Part shown: in pieces, positions 53,939-63,895 of the stretch
Layout: each line of letters begins with the position of its first letter
Numbering within the stretch: the stretch's first letter is position 1
Source: a virus
Virus record (IMG/VR): IMGVR_UViG_3300034782_000053
Direction: 5' to 3' (one strand)
Length of the DNA stretch: 64,000 bases
Notes under the pieces: generated by a model
Seen by the model: only the letters and a program-made list of their open reading frames with translations
What the model was told of the DNA's origin: nothing
The model's database searches: none
Program-made: the position numbers and the translations under genes

Positions 53939-54265
53939 TCACACCTCTCTCTTATCGCGCCACCGCTTGTACTCGTCGTTGTGCTGAGTCCCGCTCTTAA
54001 CTGCACCGCAATGGAAACAGCGCAGTTCGAATTTCTGCGAGTCGCCGTCATCCACGAATGAGTCGACGTACTCGTAGTCGTGGCGTCCAAGCTTGCAGAG
54101 CATCTCGTCGAACTCAACGCGTATCGATGTCTGCTGCTCTTCGGTTAGCCCTTCCCATTTCAGATGGGAGAGCGGCCAGCCGTCAGAAGACATCATCGTG
54201 GGCCGGATCTTCGCCATAAGCTTGGACCAGAACGTGATCATATCGCCGTAGAACAGGGCCATCAC
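53939..54265 (-). CDS. hypothetical protein
   Basis: ORF (108 aa) with CFHCG. Confidence 0.4.
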   Translation of the reverse strand: MMALFYGDMITFWSKLMAKIRPTMMSSDGWPLSHLKWEGLTEEQQTSIRVEFDEMLCKLGRHDYEYVDSFVDDGDSQKFELRCFHCGAVKSGTQHNDEYKRWRDKREV

Positions 54266-54805
54266 TCTTCTCCGATGAACGACTTCAGCGCCTTGACGTA
54301 CCAGACGCCCTCGATGTCTTCGTCGGCGATCTGAGTAAGCTGGTCCTCACTCTCGATCGGTGACCACCAGGACTCAGCTCCCATGACGATACGGCGAAGC
54401 TCAGGGACGACGATCGCCGGGTTGTAGTGCGTCGGCGATGCAGTCAACACTCCACTCTCGGCGTGAAACGTTATTCCGACACCGAGGGGAAGGTCGCCGA
54501 CGAGGATGCCGACGTAGGTCTTCTCCTCATTACAAGGCTTGACCTGGACGAGCCTCGGCGGAAAGTCTCGGCCCATCCCGTCTTCCCAGTTGATGCCGTG
54601 GACCTCGATCGGGTACTCGAAGGTACCCCAGGGTTCCTCGGCGCACATCTCGGCGAGGACGTCGGCACAGACCTTCTCGTCGTCTGGCGCTTCGAGGCTC
54701 GCGCGATAGATCTCGCGCCTCTGCTCTTCGAGGCTCTTTATCTGGGCGGCGATGGCTTCCAACCGCTCCTTCGGGGTCAGCTTCAACGTGTCGGGGTCAG
54801 ACATC
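54262..54805 (-). CDS. hypothetical protein
   Basis: Internal start MSDPDTLK assumed; track ORF to 54948. Confidence 0.4.
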
Positions 54806-54971
54806 ATTCGCCTCTCTTGGGGGCTAACAGGGCATTGTTCTGGAAAAAGTGGTAGTGCACAGTGGCCGAATTGTGGCGCCGGGTGCATGCAGTGCCCCGT
54901 GCCGTGTTCGAACCACGGGCATATCCCAGCAGGTTCCGCCTTTCCCATGAAGAACCCCTGACTAGACGCTC

Positions 54972-56771
54972 TTACTCGTCGGCCTCGGCCGCAACCTTCT
55001 GGTCGCTGGATCGCTTGACGGTGATCTCGACCTTGTCTCCGTCCTGAAGACCATCGAGTTGTCCCGCGATGGACTCGCTGAGCGACTGGGCGCTGGACTT
55101 TTCCGCCATCTCCGGGGTGTCCTCCTGCGCGAACTGCGAGGCGAGGTCAGTCATCGAATCCATCGATGCGATCTCACCGAAGACCGGGAGGAACAGGTCG
55201 AGCAGCTCGTCGCCTGAGTCCTTGGCTTCACCGGTGATGGCTCGGAGGCAGGTGCGCTGCACGAGGTCTGCCTTTGGCACCTTGTCGGAGAAGGCGCTCG
55301 ACATAAAGTGGACGAGCGCTGGGATCATGAGTTGCTCGACCTTCTGACCCACCGCTGTCTCAGCGCCTGGGATGTGTTGACCGAGCTTGCTGTGGAAGAC
55401 GCTGACCACTTTCTTGCTCAGGCGTTGTGAGCCCGATATCTTGAGCCCCTCCTGGAAGGCGCTGACGACGCCGGTGCCGGTTTCGAGCGCTGCGTTCTTG
55501 ATTCTCTCTGCCATGGTCATCCTCTCTGGATTCGTGGCAGCCTCACGCGCTGCCAACTCTTTCATTCTTTGAGCTTCGAGCTGGTACTGCACCAGCGCGT
55601 CGAGCCCGTGGTAGATATCACCCATTTGGCTGTTCAATTGGCTAATGTTTCCGCCGACATTATTTATCGCTTCGAGAAGCTCTCGGGCGCGCTGCTCGTC
55701 CTCCATTCTCCTTTGGGCGAGCTGCCACTGGTCTGGCTGATAGGGCATCTGCTCTCGGGTCATGCGCAGCTCGCTTGCCACGCTCTCAATGGCTTGAAGA
55801 AGCACTGGGTCCGTCGGTGTCGAGACGAGCTGCGTCTCTGGCTCTGCAATGAGGCCCTGCGCTTCCTGCTCGTCGAGGTTCTTTGCCTGGGCGAGCTGGT
55901 TAGTTATTTCCCAGAGCGTCCTATCGACGTCATTATTGAGAACCGCTTCATTGGTTCTCCATGTTGATACGCCAACGCTCCATTGGAAGCCCTGAATATA
56001 CTCCTGCCACCGATTTTCGAGCGAGATGCTGGAGATGGTGTTGTCGATATCGATGAAGTGTCGCAGAAGCTGTTGCTTGGTAAAGAATGGACGTCTCGCG
56101 TCGTTGTGATCTTCCAGTTCTGCTGTCGAAAGGAAGCGGTGCAGACCTTCGAGAAATTCGACTCTTGAAATCTTTCGCGAGAAGGGCATCTTATTTTCGT
56201 CCTCCTCCTTTTTTGCGTCGGTGAGGAGTAGCGGATCTCCGGAAATCTTGACCCGCATGCTGTCGAGAAAAACGTTTCGGCCTGTACCTTTCGGTGAAGG
56301 CCCTCGAACGGTGACGTCGTACACGCCGCCGCCGTGGTGCTTCTTGATGAAGTCAGCGTCGATGGGGTGGTCATAGGTCGCAAGAAACCCAGCAACCTGC
56401 TGGCCCTTCCATGTCTGGGGCTGACATCGCTTGACCTGTATCCCAGTGAAGTCCCTGTGAGCCTTCAGCATGTCACCAATAGTCACGATCTTTGGCGGTC
56501 CTCCAGGTCGGAAAGACGACTTTTGAGCCACTCGCGGCGCGCTTCTTTGGGAGGCGAGGTCTCGGTCGAGTAGCGACAGGTCAGTTGGCTGCTTCACGGA
56601 AAGGTCGTTGTCCCAGTGGCGCAGATAGACGGAGTCACGCGTCCTTGGGACCTCTGGTGAGGTTTCCAGGCGCTGCCAGGTGGCGTCACGCGATGCGCCT
56701 ACGTCGTCGGACTGAGGGCCGAAGACGCCGTCGTCATCGTCGTCGCCGAATATCCCGTCTTGGCGACCCAT
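54972..56771 (-). CDS. large hypothetical protein (about 600 aa), possibly structural
   Basis: Internal start MGRQDGIFGDDDDDG assumed; long helical middle and acidic C-terminal tail; no motif. Confidence 0.4.
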   Translation of the reverse strand: MGRQDGIFGDDDDDGVFGPQSDDVGASRDATWQRLETSPEVPRTRDSVYLRHWDNDLSVKQPTDLSLLDRDLASQRSAPRVAQKSSFRPGGPPKIVTIGDMLKAHRDFTGIQVKRCQPQTWKGQQVAGFLATYDHPIDADFIKKHHGGGVYDVTVRGPSPKGTGRNVFLDSMRVKISGDPLLLTDAKKEEDENKMPFSRKISRVEFLEGLHRFLSTAELEDHNDARRPFFTKQQLLRHFIDIDNTISSISLENRWQEYIQGFQWSVGVSTWRTNEAVLNNDVDRTLWEITNQLAQAKNLDEQEAQGLIAEPETQLVSTPTDPVLLQAIESVASELRMTREQMPYQPDQWQLAQRRMEDEQRARELLEAINNVGGNISQLNSQMGDIYHGLDALVQYQLEAQRMKELAAREAATNPERMTMAERIKNAALETGTGVVSAFQEGLKISGSQRLSKKVVSVFHSKLGQHIPGAETAVGQKVEQLMIPALVHFMSSAFSDKVPKADLVQRTCLRAITGEAKDSGDELLDLFLPVFGEIASMDSMTDLASQFAQEDTPEMAEKSSAQSLSESIAGQLDGLQDGDKVEITVKRSSDQKVAAEADE

Positions 56772-56930
56772 GGTCGTTACATATTCCCTCGATGGCAGAG
56801 AAGACGAGCAGAGGCCATACCTGTCGAATGGATCGGAGATTAGTCCATCGATCCAAAAGACGATATGCTCGTCCCGTCCTGTGCACTCCCTGCCATCCAC
56901 ATTGACACCTGAGCCATTATATGGAAGAAA

Positions 56931-56945
56931 GGTAGCATATGCAAC
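56931..56945. promoter_or_regulatory. palindromic motif GGTAGCATATGCAAC (with TTGACA at 56902) in divergent intergenic region
   Basis: About 25 nt upstream of plus gene 56971. Confidence 0.45.
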
Positions 56946-56970
56946 ATCATAAAAGGGGGCTCCGGAAAAA

Positions 56971-57282
56971 ATGAAAGCAACCCACGTCAAGCAGGACATC
57001 ACACCGAGCGATCTCCATCTATCTCACGGCATGAAAGTCACCATCGACCGCATCATCGCCAAGACGCATGGTGTCCATCTGGTCATCTATTTCTGGGACG
57101 GCCGCATGTGCGTCTTCGAGACGACGAGCGAAGAGCTGAGCCAGATGGGGTTCTACAACGCTGAAGGTGTCGAGGTGTCGAAGGGGTTGGTTGAGAGTGC
57201 CTACTCTATGGCAATGGCTCAGAGAACCTTCGATCGGCACGCCGAGACGTTCAAGAAGCTGACAGGGCAGATCGAGGGCTGA
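56971..57282 (+). CDS. hypothetical protein (103 aa)
   Basis: Lone rightward ORF with motif upstream. Confidence 0.45.
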   Translation: MKATHVKQDITPSDLHLSHGMKVTIDRIIAKTHGVHLVIYFWDGRMCVFETTSEELSQMGFYNAEGVEVSKGLVESAYSMAMAQRTFDRHAETFKKLTGQIEG

Positions 57283-57482
57283 AAATACTCTGCTCGAACG
57301 CCTCCTTCAGCTCCTGATCGAGCTTGCAGTACTCACACAGATAGATTCTTGATCCGCTCTCAGGGTGAGTGGCCGGGTACAGCTCTTCGCGCATCAGGCA
57401 AGTAAAGCACCGGCCCTCGATGCGGAGGTTGCGGATCATGTCGCGACCGTAGCTCGCTCTGTGGGCGGCGAGGATTTTCTCA

Positions 57483-58019
57483 CTAGCTTTCGAGGACATC
57501 GGCAAGGGCTCTTAGGGCTTCTGCTGGAGTCGACCCGATGCAGCGACGCGCGGGATCCAACTCGGCGCAGGTGCCGCCGCCCTCGTCTTCGGGCAGCGTA
57601 ATGAGACGGACGAAGTCGTCCGGAACGATGTTTTCTTCGTCACCAGCCGGAACGTAACCAGCGGCGTTTTCAATATCAGCCTGGAGCGTCTCCAGGTGAG
57701 CCAACGTCTTCCGGAGCGCTGCCCTGAGCCCCTCACCGATCATTCGGCAGAGTTTGATGGTCTCGACCCTGGTCGGCATTTCTCCCAGCGAGACCTGGTC
57801 GACGAGCCCGTCTGGGAGTCCGACGGCGATCTTCATTCCGAGGTGCATACCCTCGTAGCGGTACAGCTCGGCGAGCTGTTTCAAGCTCATGTCATCCGGA
57901 ACCGTCGCCTGGATGACCCGCTGAATCCGCTTGATTTGAATCGAGGGCTTCTCTGCCGATTTCTTTTTTCGACGAGACGGTACCCTGTGAGTGACTCGTC
58001 CCCTTTTACCCTTCCCCAT
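57483..58019 (-). CDS. hypothetical protein with basic N-terminus
   Basis: ORF (178 aa). Confidence 0.4.
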   Translation of the reverse strand: MGKGKRGRVTHRVPSRRKKKSAEKPSIQIKRIQRVIQATVPDDMSLKQLAELYRYEGMHLGMKIAVGLPDGLVDQVSLGEMPTRVETIKLCRMIGEGLRAALRKTLAHLETLQADIENAAGYVPAGDEENIVPDDFVRLITLPEDEGGGTCAELDPARRCIGSTPAEALRALADVLES

Positions 58020-58529
58020 CGGTGCTCCTGTCGGGTGCGCTGAACTGGACGTCGATCATACCGACCTCGATGGCGGAAAACAAAGCACGCTGAAGGTGAC
58101 GGATGTCGTTCTTGACGGCGAGAAGCTGCATCTCTTTCCAGTTGAGTGTCTTGCTCTGTTCCCGAAGAAGCCCTGCGAGCTTCATCGCTTCGAGTAGGTG
58201 TGGCCGTCCTCCTGGTGGGGCGATTGCGGCCATTAGACGAACTCGGAGTCTTTACGAGCCTGCATTTCCAGGTCGATCACCGTCGCTAGGACTGGAGCAA
58301 TCGCTGTATCCAGCCCGCAATGCCCCTTCAGGATCGTCATCATCTTGAGCGCGTCACCGATGAGCGTCTTTTCATTGGGCGTAGTGATCTGCCATTGGCC
58401 GGTCGGTAAGAACTTGATTCCCATTCGACGCTGTTTCTGGTGAATGATCAGGAACTCGCCAGGAGCGGTCCTCTCGATTTCAACGCCTGACTGGATAATG
58501 TCGGCTTTGAGATTGCTCACGTTCTCCTC

Positions 58530-59009
58530 CTACAGGTCGTAGACAACGGTGCGGACGCCCTTGCCTACTAAGGTGGTGTTGATGATGGGCTCGATTTCGT
58601 CCCATGTGCCGCCAGCGAGTCCGCAGCCTATCCGGGGCATGTGAACCGACGCCCCGAGGCTTTTCGCGTGCTCGCAAACCTTATCCAAGCACTCGGCGAG
58701 TGCTCGGTATCGAATACGGCGTTTTCCTCGGCCGACGCCGTGCTGTGCGATCATGTTTGCGACAGTGATCGTCGCCGATATGTTGACGAACTGCGTCTGC
58801 CCCAGCTCAAAGGGGATGTCGCGAGACTCAACACCCCGTCGCCAGCGCCGGTAGAACATCTCCGGATGCAGCCACCGGCCCGAAAGCGCGCCGGTGAACC
58901 CGGCGCCCCAGCCGCCGATGTCGTTGCAAATGTGGGCGATGATGATCTGCTCGTGCTCACCCTGCTTTGGGTTCTTGACGAGATCCCTCTTGACGTACTC
59001 AACTGGCAT
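58530..59009 (-). CDS. macro domain protein (ADP-ribose binding / processing)
   Basis: IIIAHICNDIGGWGAGFTGAL and HMPRIGCGLAGGTWDEIEPII match macro-domain diphosphate-binding loops. Confidence 0.6.
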   Translation of the reverse strand: MPVEYVKRDLVKNPKQGEHEQIIIAHICNDIGGWGAGFTGALSGRWLHPEMFYRRWRRGVESRDIPFELGQTQFVNISATITVANMIAQHGVGRGKRRIRYRALAECLDKVCEHAKSLGASVHMPRIGCGLAGGTWDEIEPIINTTLVGKGVRTVVYDL

Positions 59010-59320
59010 GTTTCTCCCCCCTTCAGCTTTCTCCGATAACCTTGTCGCCGATGATAGTTCCCCTCCAGCCATCTTCCGGATCGGACTCCTCGATGGCCTT
59101 GAGCAGCTCCGTCTTGGAGACGATGGGGCCGAAGTCGACGGTAAAGGTCATCGGCATGGCAGGTTCGAGATTTTCGACGATCATCGAAGCCGTGTGGCTG
59201 TGAACGGTCTCAGCCAGGATGAAGGGATTGAGCCCCACCTCCGCCATTTCCTTGAGCAGCTCCTTATAGAACGTCTCTACCGCGGCGGACACGGCCTTCT
59301 GTTCGATGAGGCAAGCAAGT

Positions 59321-60016
59321 TCATGCGGCGTCACTGGTCGCCGCCTTTCTTGCGTCGTACAGCTCAACGAATTTTCGGAGAGCGGCCCTGGCGTAGTAGA
59401 GGCGCGGAGCCGGCACGATGCCGATGTCGGAGATTAGCTCGCTCTCGTCACCAACGTCAGCTTCACAGAGGTCGTCGTACAGCGTGTTCTTGACGAAGTA
59501 CCAGTCTTCCCACCCCTGCTGCATGGCTTCGAGAGCGTTGCGCCACGCAGCAAGCTCCTTGTCCTCTTTCAGAGCTTCCGCGATGTTGCCTGCCTCGTCT
59601 GTGATCTCGCTGGTGCGTTCCTTGACTCGCTCTTGCAGCTCCCAGATCGCGACCTCGTCGTCGAAGGTGTTGTTGACGCCGGCTACGCCACTCGTGTCCA
59701 TGCCGATGTTGCACTTCTCCTGGGCGTATTGGTCTGGGGCTTTGGCGATCCAGCGCGCGGCAGCGATGGGGTCGTCCTCTCCCTTCGGCGGGTGGTAGAC
59801 CTTGAAGAGGCAGGTATCGCCGTCGCCGTGGACCAAGATGCCACCGGTAACGATGATGATCTCGGTCCAGTGAAAGCCTTCCCAGCCCTTGGCTGTTTTT
59901 CGCTGGATGAGCCAGCGGCGGTCGCCTTCTCGTTTTATTCGGTGATCCTTGTAGGCGTCGAGAGCGAGCGCCTCCAGTTGTTCCTTGTACTTTTTCAGAG
60001 CGTTTTCAGTGGTCAT
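59321..60016 (-). CDS. hypothetical protein
   Basis: ORF (231 aa). Confidence 0.45.
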   Translation of the reverse strand: MTTENALKKYKEQLEALALDAYKDHRIKREGDRRWLIQRKTAKGWEGFHWTEIIIVTGGILVHGDGDTCLFKVYHPPKGEDDPIAAARWIAKAPDQYAQEKCNIGMDTSGVAGVNNTFDDEVAIWELQERVKERTSEITDEAGNIAEALKEDKELAAWRNALEAMQQGWEDWYFVKNTLYDDLCEADVGDESELISDIGIVPAPRLYYARAALRKFVELYDARKAATSDAA

Positions 60017-60061
60017 GTAGGCCCCTAGTGATAAACAATTGCTTTCGGTTGCGCCCGTAAA

Positions 60062-60076
60062 GTAACATATGCTACC
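60062..60076. promoter_or_regulatory. palindromic motif GTAACATATGCTACC
   Basis: 18 nt upstream of ATG 60094; AAATGGAGG context. Confidence 0.45.
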
Positions 60077-60093
60077 TTGGGTGTCCAGGGAAA

Positions 60094-60681
60094 ATGGAGG
60101 CAGCGTTGACGGATTCAGTAACGACCTTTGGCTACGAAAAACTCTTTGCGGGACAGCGCGCTCAGCACGCCTTCGCGCTTTACCATCAGCTCAGTGTGCT
60201 CTTGCACGAGAACAGGCAGATTCGGTCGATCGTCGAGCTTGGAACGTCTATGGGTGCAATGTCGATCTATCTCGGTCTGTGGGCCGTGAGGCTCGGCATT
60301 CCGATGCACACCTTCGACCAGGATTCTTTTCCCTTTAACAAGGAGCACAACATCGACGACGGGGCGAAGCCCATCTACGATGCGCTCGGGATACAGACGC
60401 ACTGGACTGACATTTTTTCTGACATTGGCAAGCCTCAGGTGATCGAGGCACTGGGAACCGAACCGGCCTACCTCTACTGTGACAACGGCTCTAAGAAATG
60501 GGAGTTCTACACGTTCGTTCCGCTGATGGCCCCGGGGAGCGTCGTGAGCGTGCATGACTGGCCGGGAGAGGTGGGGCCAGCGGATATAGAAAAGGCCGTC
60601 GAGGATCACGACCTGAATTTGGAGTCCTGGAACGCCGATAACTGGCAGCCGTTGGCGCTGGCAACCTGGATCGTCCGCTGA
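60094..60681 (+). CDS. class I SAM-dependent methyltransferase-like protein
   Basis: Motif I IVELGTSMGAMSIYLG. Confidence 0.45.
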   Translation: MEAALTDSVTTFGYEKLFAGQRAQHAFALYHQLSVLLHENRQIRSIVELGTSMGAMSIYLGLWAVRLGIPMHTFDQDSFPFNKEHNIDDGAKPIYDALGIQTHWTDIFSDIGKPQVIEALGTEPAYLYCDNGSKKWEFYTFVPLMAPGSVVSVHDWPGEVGPADIEKAVEDHDLNLESWNADNWQPLALATWIVR

Positions 60682-61260
60682 CTACCACTCGTCCCGGCGA
60701 ATCTCCGTCCTCTGGAAGCCGACCAGCCTGAGACCGAGCGCGAAGCGCGCATTCGTATCCTTGAGCATCTCACCGAGAGCATTGGCCAGGACGAAGTTGG
60801 TACGGCAGTCGAAGTCGATGTCGACGACGAGCGGCTGTCTCGGAGGAACCGGGACCGGCTGACCCATGTGAACCGCGGTGCCTCCGCACCCCTGGTCAAC
60901 CTGGCCGAGCATGACGGGCATCCTGTAGGTGTCGCCGATGATGACCGTGAACTTGACGTGGGTAGTGAGTCCTAGGTGCTTCGAGCTGATGAGGTAGGGG
61001 ACGAGCTGGTGAATGCGGAGCGAATCCTCAGCGACGGTGTATGGGGTCCCTTCAAGCTGGTTGAAGCGCACGCTTTGGCTTTCGAGCATCTCGGGGAGAT
61101 TGTCTGGGAAGAGGACGCGTTCGAAGCGCTTCTGCAGGCGAATGGTGCGGATGCCGATCTCGGCGACGCCGACCCAGGGTAGCTCGATGATGCGCTTGAT
61201 GTTCGGAGGATGCTCTTCTTTGTAATGACGCTCTCCGTTGATTTCGGTGATGCTCCTCAT
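60682..61260 (-). CDS. hypothetical protein
   Basis: ORF (192 aa); FolE/QueF signatures checked and absent. Confidence 0.4.
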   Translation of the reverse strand: MRSITEINGERHYKEEHPPNIKRIIELPWVGVAEIGIRTIRLQKRFERVLFPDNLPEMLESQSVRFNQLEGTPYTVAEDSLRIHQLVPYLISSKHLGLTTHVKFTVIIGDTYRMPVMLGQVDQGCGGTAVHMGQPVPVPPRQPLVVDIDFDCRTNFVLANALGEMLKDTNARFALGLRLVGFQRTEIRRDEW

Positions 61261-61346
61261 GCCCCCTTCTCCTTCTGCCCGCGTAAGTACTCCATGATCT
61301 CCTGAATGAAGCTGTGTGATGATTCAAGTTCTTTTCGTATCATCGG

Positions 61347-61985
61347 CTAGCCTTCCTGTTTTTTCATGGAGTCGTCTGCGGGGTCTGAGGGCAAAGACCG
61401 GGGCTCCGAAACCTGTTTCTCCTCGATGACATCACCGAGCAGTTTGACCTCGACAGATGCAAACCGATTGACGGGACTTGTAACGCGCTCAATTGAATGG
61501 AAGACTTCGAGCGCCGCGTTGTCGAGCGTCATCACGATCCAAACTCTTGTCTCGTTGTCGATAACGGCAGGGTCCATCGTCCACAGGTTGCAGATTCGCT
61601 CTCCGTGGTCACCGATCTCCCACCGCCCCATGCGCTTGTCGAGGATAATGCCTCCTGGGAAGTAGATCTGCCGGTTCGCTTTCTTCCAAGTGGCCCGGAG
61701 AGGGTTTGGTTCCCTTGAGGTATAGAGCGCGACGGTGAGTCCGCGGACGAGCGTGAGTATTTGCTCTGGGTTCCAGAGCTTGATGATGATCCGCAGCCCG
61801 TTGACTATTGCGTAGCGGTCGGAGCTGAAGTTCTCGAACATGTGCGGGTTGTCGTCCGAGCCGCAAACGATCCGCATCTCGTTATCGGCGCGGGTGATTT
61901 CGGTGTGGCCGTACTCGCCGAGGGCGCCGTCGACGACGTGTGAGCTGCGCAGGGTTAGCTCGTGGTTCTTTCGCTCTGTGAACAT
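61347..61985 (-). CDS. hypothetical protein
   Basis: ORF (212 aa). Confidence 0.4.
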   Translation of the reverse strand: MFTERKNHELTLRSSHVVDGALGEYGHTEITRADNEMRIVCGSDDNPHMFENFSSDRYAIVNGLRIIIKLWNPEQILTLVRGLTVALYTSREPNPLRATWKKANRQIYFPGGIILDKRMGRWEIGDHGERICNLWTMDPAVIDNETRVWIVMTLDNAALEVFHSIERVTSPVNRFASVEVKLLGDVIEEKQVSEPRSLPSDPADDSMKKQEG

Positions 61986-61994
61986 CTGGACCTC

Positions 61995-62624
61995 CTAGAA
62001 ATAGCTCGGTCGCCTTCGGTTTCGTCGCCGCTGGGATTCGAGGAGATCCCGGCACCATGAGAGCTGTTCTTCGCATCGCCGGCCAAAGCGCCTGTGGAGC
62101 TTCGACATCTCCTTCAGGTTGTCTGTGCACAGATCGTCCCAGATGTCGTGGTAGACAAGGTCCCAGTGAGCGCCCTTGGGCGGCTTCCAGGTAAACGCAT
62201 CGCCGTGGATGATCTCCAAGCGGTCTGCGTAGCGCTCCTGCCAGTGCTGGCCGACGAGCGCGATGACGTCCTCTTCCTTCTCGACAACGGTGACGTTGCT
62301 TGCTCCGTAGATGAAGCAGCCGTTCAGGACGCAGCCGAGCCCGAGCCCATGGATGAGCACCGAGGGCTCTTGTGAATCTCGAACCTTTTTCAGGATAGCC
62401 CACAGGTCGTTAAGCTCAGCCGGCGTGTCGGTCATGATGGGGTTGTCGCCCCGAAGCAGGCGAGTGTAGGTGTAGCCGGGCAGGATTTGACGAGCGGGGT
62501 CCCGCATGTTCTGGAGCTGGAAGTGGATGTCGTTCGGATCCGGTGTCCACCTATCGACCGTCCATTTTCCGACGGTGCCTTCCGGGACGTCGACCTGAAG
62601 GTCTTTCCACGTTCTGAAAGTCAT
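61995..62624 (-). CDS. putative methyltransferase-like protein
   Basis: Weak motif I-like VLIHGLGLGCVLNG. Confidence 0.3.
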   Translation of the reverse strand: MTFRTWKDLQVDVPEGTVGKWTVDRWTPDPNDIHFQLQNMRDPARQILPGYTYTRLLRGDNPIMTDTPAELNDLWAILKKVRDSQEPSVLIHGLGLGCVLNGCFIYGASNVTVVEKEEDVIALVGQHWQERYADRLEIIHGDAFTWKPPKGAHWDLVYHDIWDDLCTDNLKEMSKLHRRFGRRCEEQLSWCRDLLESQRRRNRRRPSYF

Positions 62625-63112
62625 TATTCCAATTCTCCAGCGTCGCGAAGGATCTGCTCCAGCTCGCGCCGCGATTCTGGGTGCAAAACAATCTTTTCAC
62701 GCTGCTTGGCGTACCAGGCATTGATCGTAGCGAAGCCCTGGGCTTTGCCGGCGCCTCGCCAATCGGCGATCATCTCAAGAAGAAACTCTCTGGGCATCTT
62801 GAGCGTCTTAACCGGCCCGTCGTCTTGCTGGAGCAACCAATACTGCCAGTGGTGAGGGTTGCGGTGGATGTGACGGAGCCATGCCTCGTCGAACGCCTCC
62901 TCGGTACCCGGCTGGTGGAAGTATCCCTCATCGTTCTTCTTGCCGTAGAAGAAGTCTTGATATGGAATCCACTCATCGGGCAGGAACTTCGAGGCGTCGT
63001 GGACAAGCCCTCGGCGAATGAGCCCCATCTTCGCGCACTCGACGAAGACGAACCATTTGTGCTTGGCGATGTACTTGGCGTACTGCGCCGTCTTTTTCAG
63101 CAGTGTGATCAT
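62624..63112 (-). CDS. hypothetical protein
   Basis: Internal start MITLLKK; His/Trp-rich HIHRNPHHWQYW. Confidence 0.4.
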   Translation of the reverse strand: MITLLKKTAQYAKYIAKHKWFVFVECAKMGLIRRGLVHDASKFLPDEWIPYQDFFYGKKNDEGYFHQPGTEEAFDEAWLRHIHRNPHHWQYWLLQQDDGPVKTLKMPREFLLEMIADWRGAGKAQGFATINAWYAKQREKIVLHPESRRELEQILRDAGELE

Positions 63113-63412
63113 TCTGCCCCTGGATCCTTCTATTCGTCCCCAGGACGACTTTCTCCGTTGAAGCTCATCTCCACAGGCACCTCTCTCTCCTCGCTCACGT
63201 TGACGATGAAGCGCTGAGATGCCTTCGACGGAGCGCTCCCGGTGGTGCCGTAGTCGATGGTCTCGCACTCAAGCGAGTCCACATAGAACACCCTGGGGTC
63301 CTTGGTGAAGGTGACCTTGGTTCCGATCGGCATCGGAATGAAGGGCATCGAAAACTTCTTCTCTTCGGTCTCACCCTTGGAAGTCTTGATGATGAAGGTA
63401 ACGGGGTGCATG

Positions 63413-63607
63413 TCAGTCTCCTTTTGATTTTTGTGTTTTTGTACTGCGGAGTGTCAGGGCGGCGACCGCTGCGATGAGGATCACCATATTGTACGGTTCG
63501 GGCGTCGGATAAGAGGCCAGAGCGAGGATGATGGCCAAAAAGAGGCGAAATCCTGCCGGGAGCCAAGCAATCGCCGTGTCCTGTACATCGTAGACCCACT
63601 GTCTCAC
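63413..63607 (-). CDS. small membrane protein (two predicted TM helices; holin-like topology)
   Basis: WLPAGFRLFLAIILALASY and MVILIAAVAALTL hydrophobic segments, charged C-terminus. Confidence 0.35.
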   Translation of the reverse strand: MRQWVYDVQDTAIAWLPAGFRLFLAIILALASYPTPEPYNMVILIAAVAALTLRSTKTQKSKGD

Positions 63608-63616
63608 GTTTTTCTC

Positions 63617-63895
63617 CTAGCTCGGCTCGTCTGGTAGTCGATCGATGAAGCCTTCGACGAGATCTGCGAGCTTACGCAAAGTTGCTACAAAGAGCTTCGC
63701 TCCGTCTTTGTGGGTGCATCGAAAGTAGCTGAATCGCCGACGCTTCCCAGGGTGCGACCATGGGGAGAACTGCATGTGAAGTTCGGTGCGCTTTCCATCG
63801 AAAAACTCAGTGACGATGAGCCCGCGACGGCCCTCAACGCCCTCGACCGTTACGTAGTGCTCCTTTGGATTAGGGAGCTGCGGCTTGTGTCCCAT
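63617..63895 (-). CDS. hypothetical protein
   Basis: ORF (92 aa). Confidence 0.4.
   Translation of the reverse strand: MGHKPQLPNPKEHYVTVEGVEGRRGLIVTEFFDGKRTELHMQFSPWSHPGKRRRFSYFRCTHKDGAKLFVATLRKLADLVEGFIDRLPDEPS

Noticed and set aside
54880-54925. GTTCGAACC T-loop-like sequence suggesting a tRNA
   Set aside because: No acceptor-stem pairing or anticodon arm can be formed around it; treated only as a structured spacer.
60682-61260. Possible T-fold enzyme (GTP cyclohydrolase I / QueF) based on VPYLISSKHLG and GCGG strings
   Set aside because: FolE CEHH and QueF E(S/L)K(S/A)hK(L/Y) / catalytic Cys-x-Pro motifs are absent; left as hypothetical.
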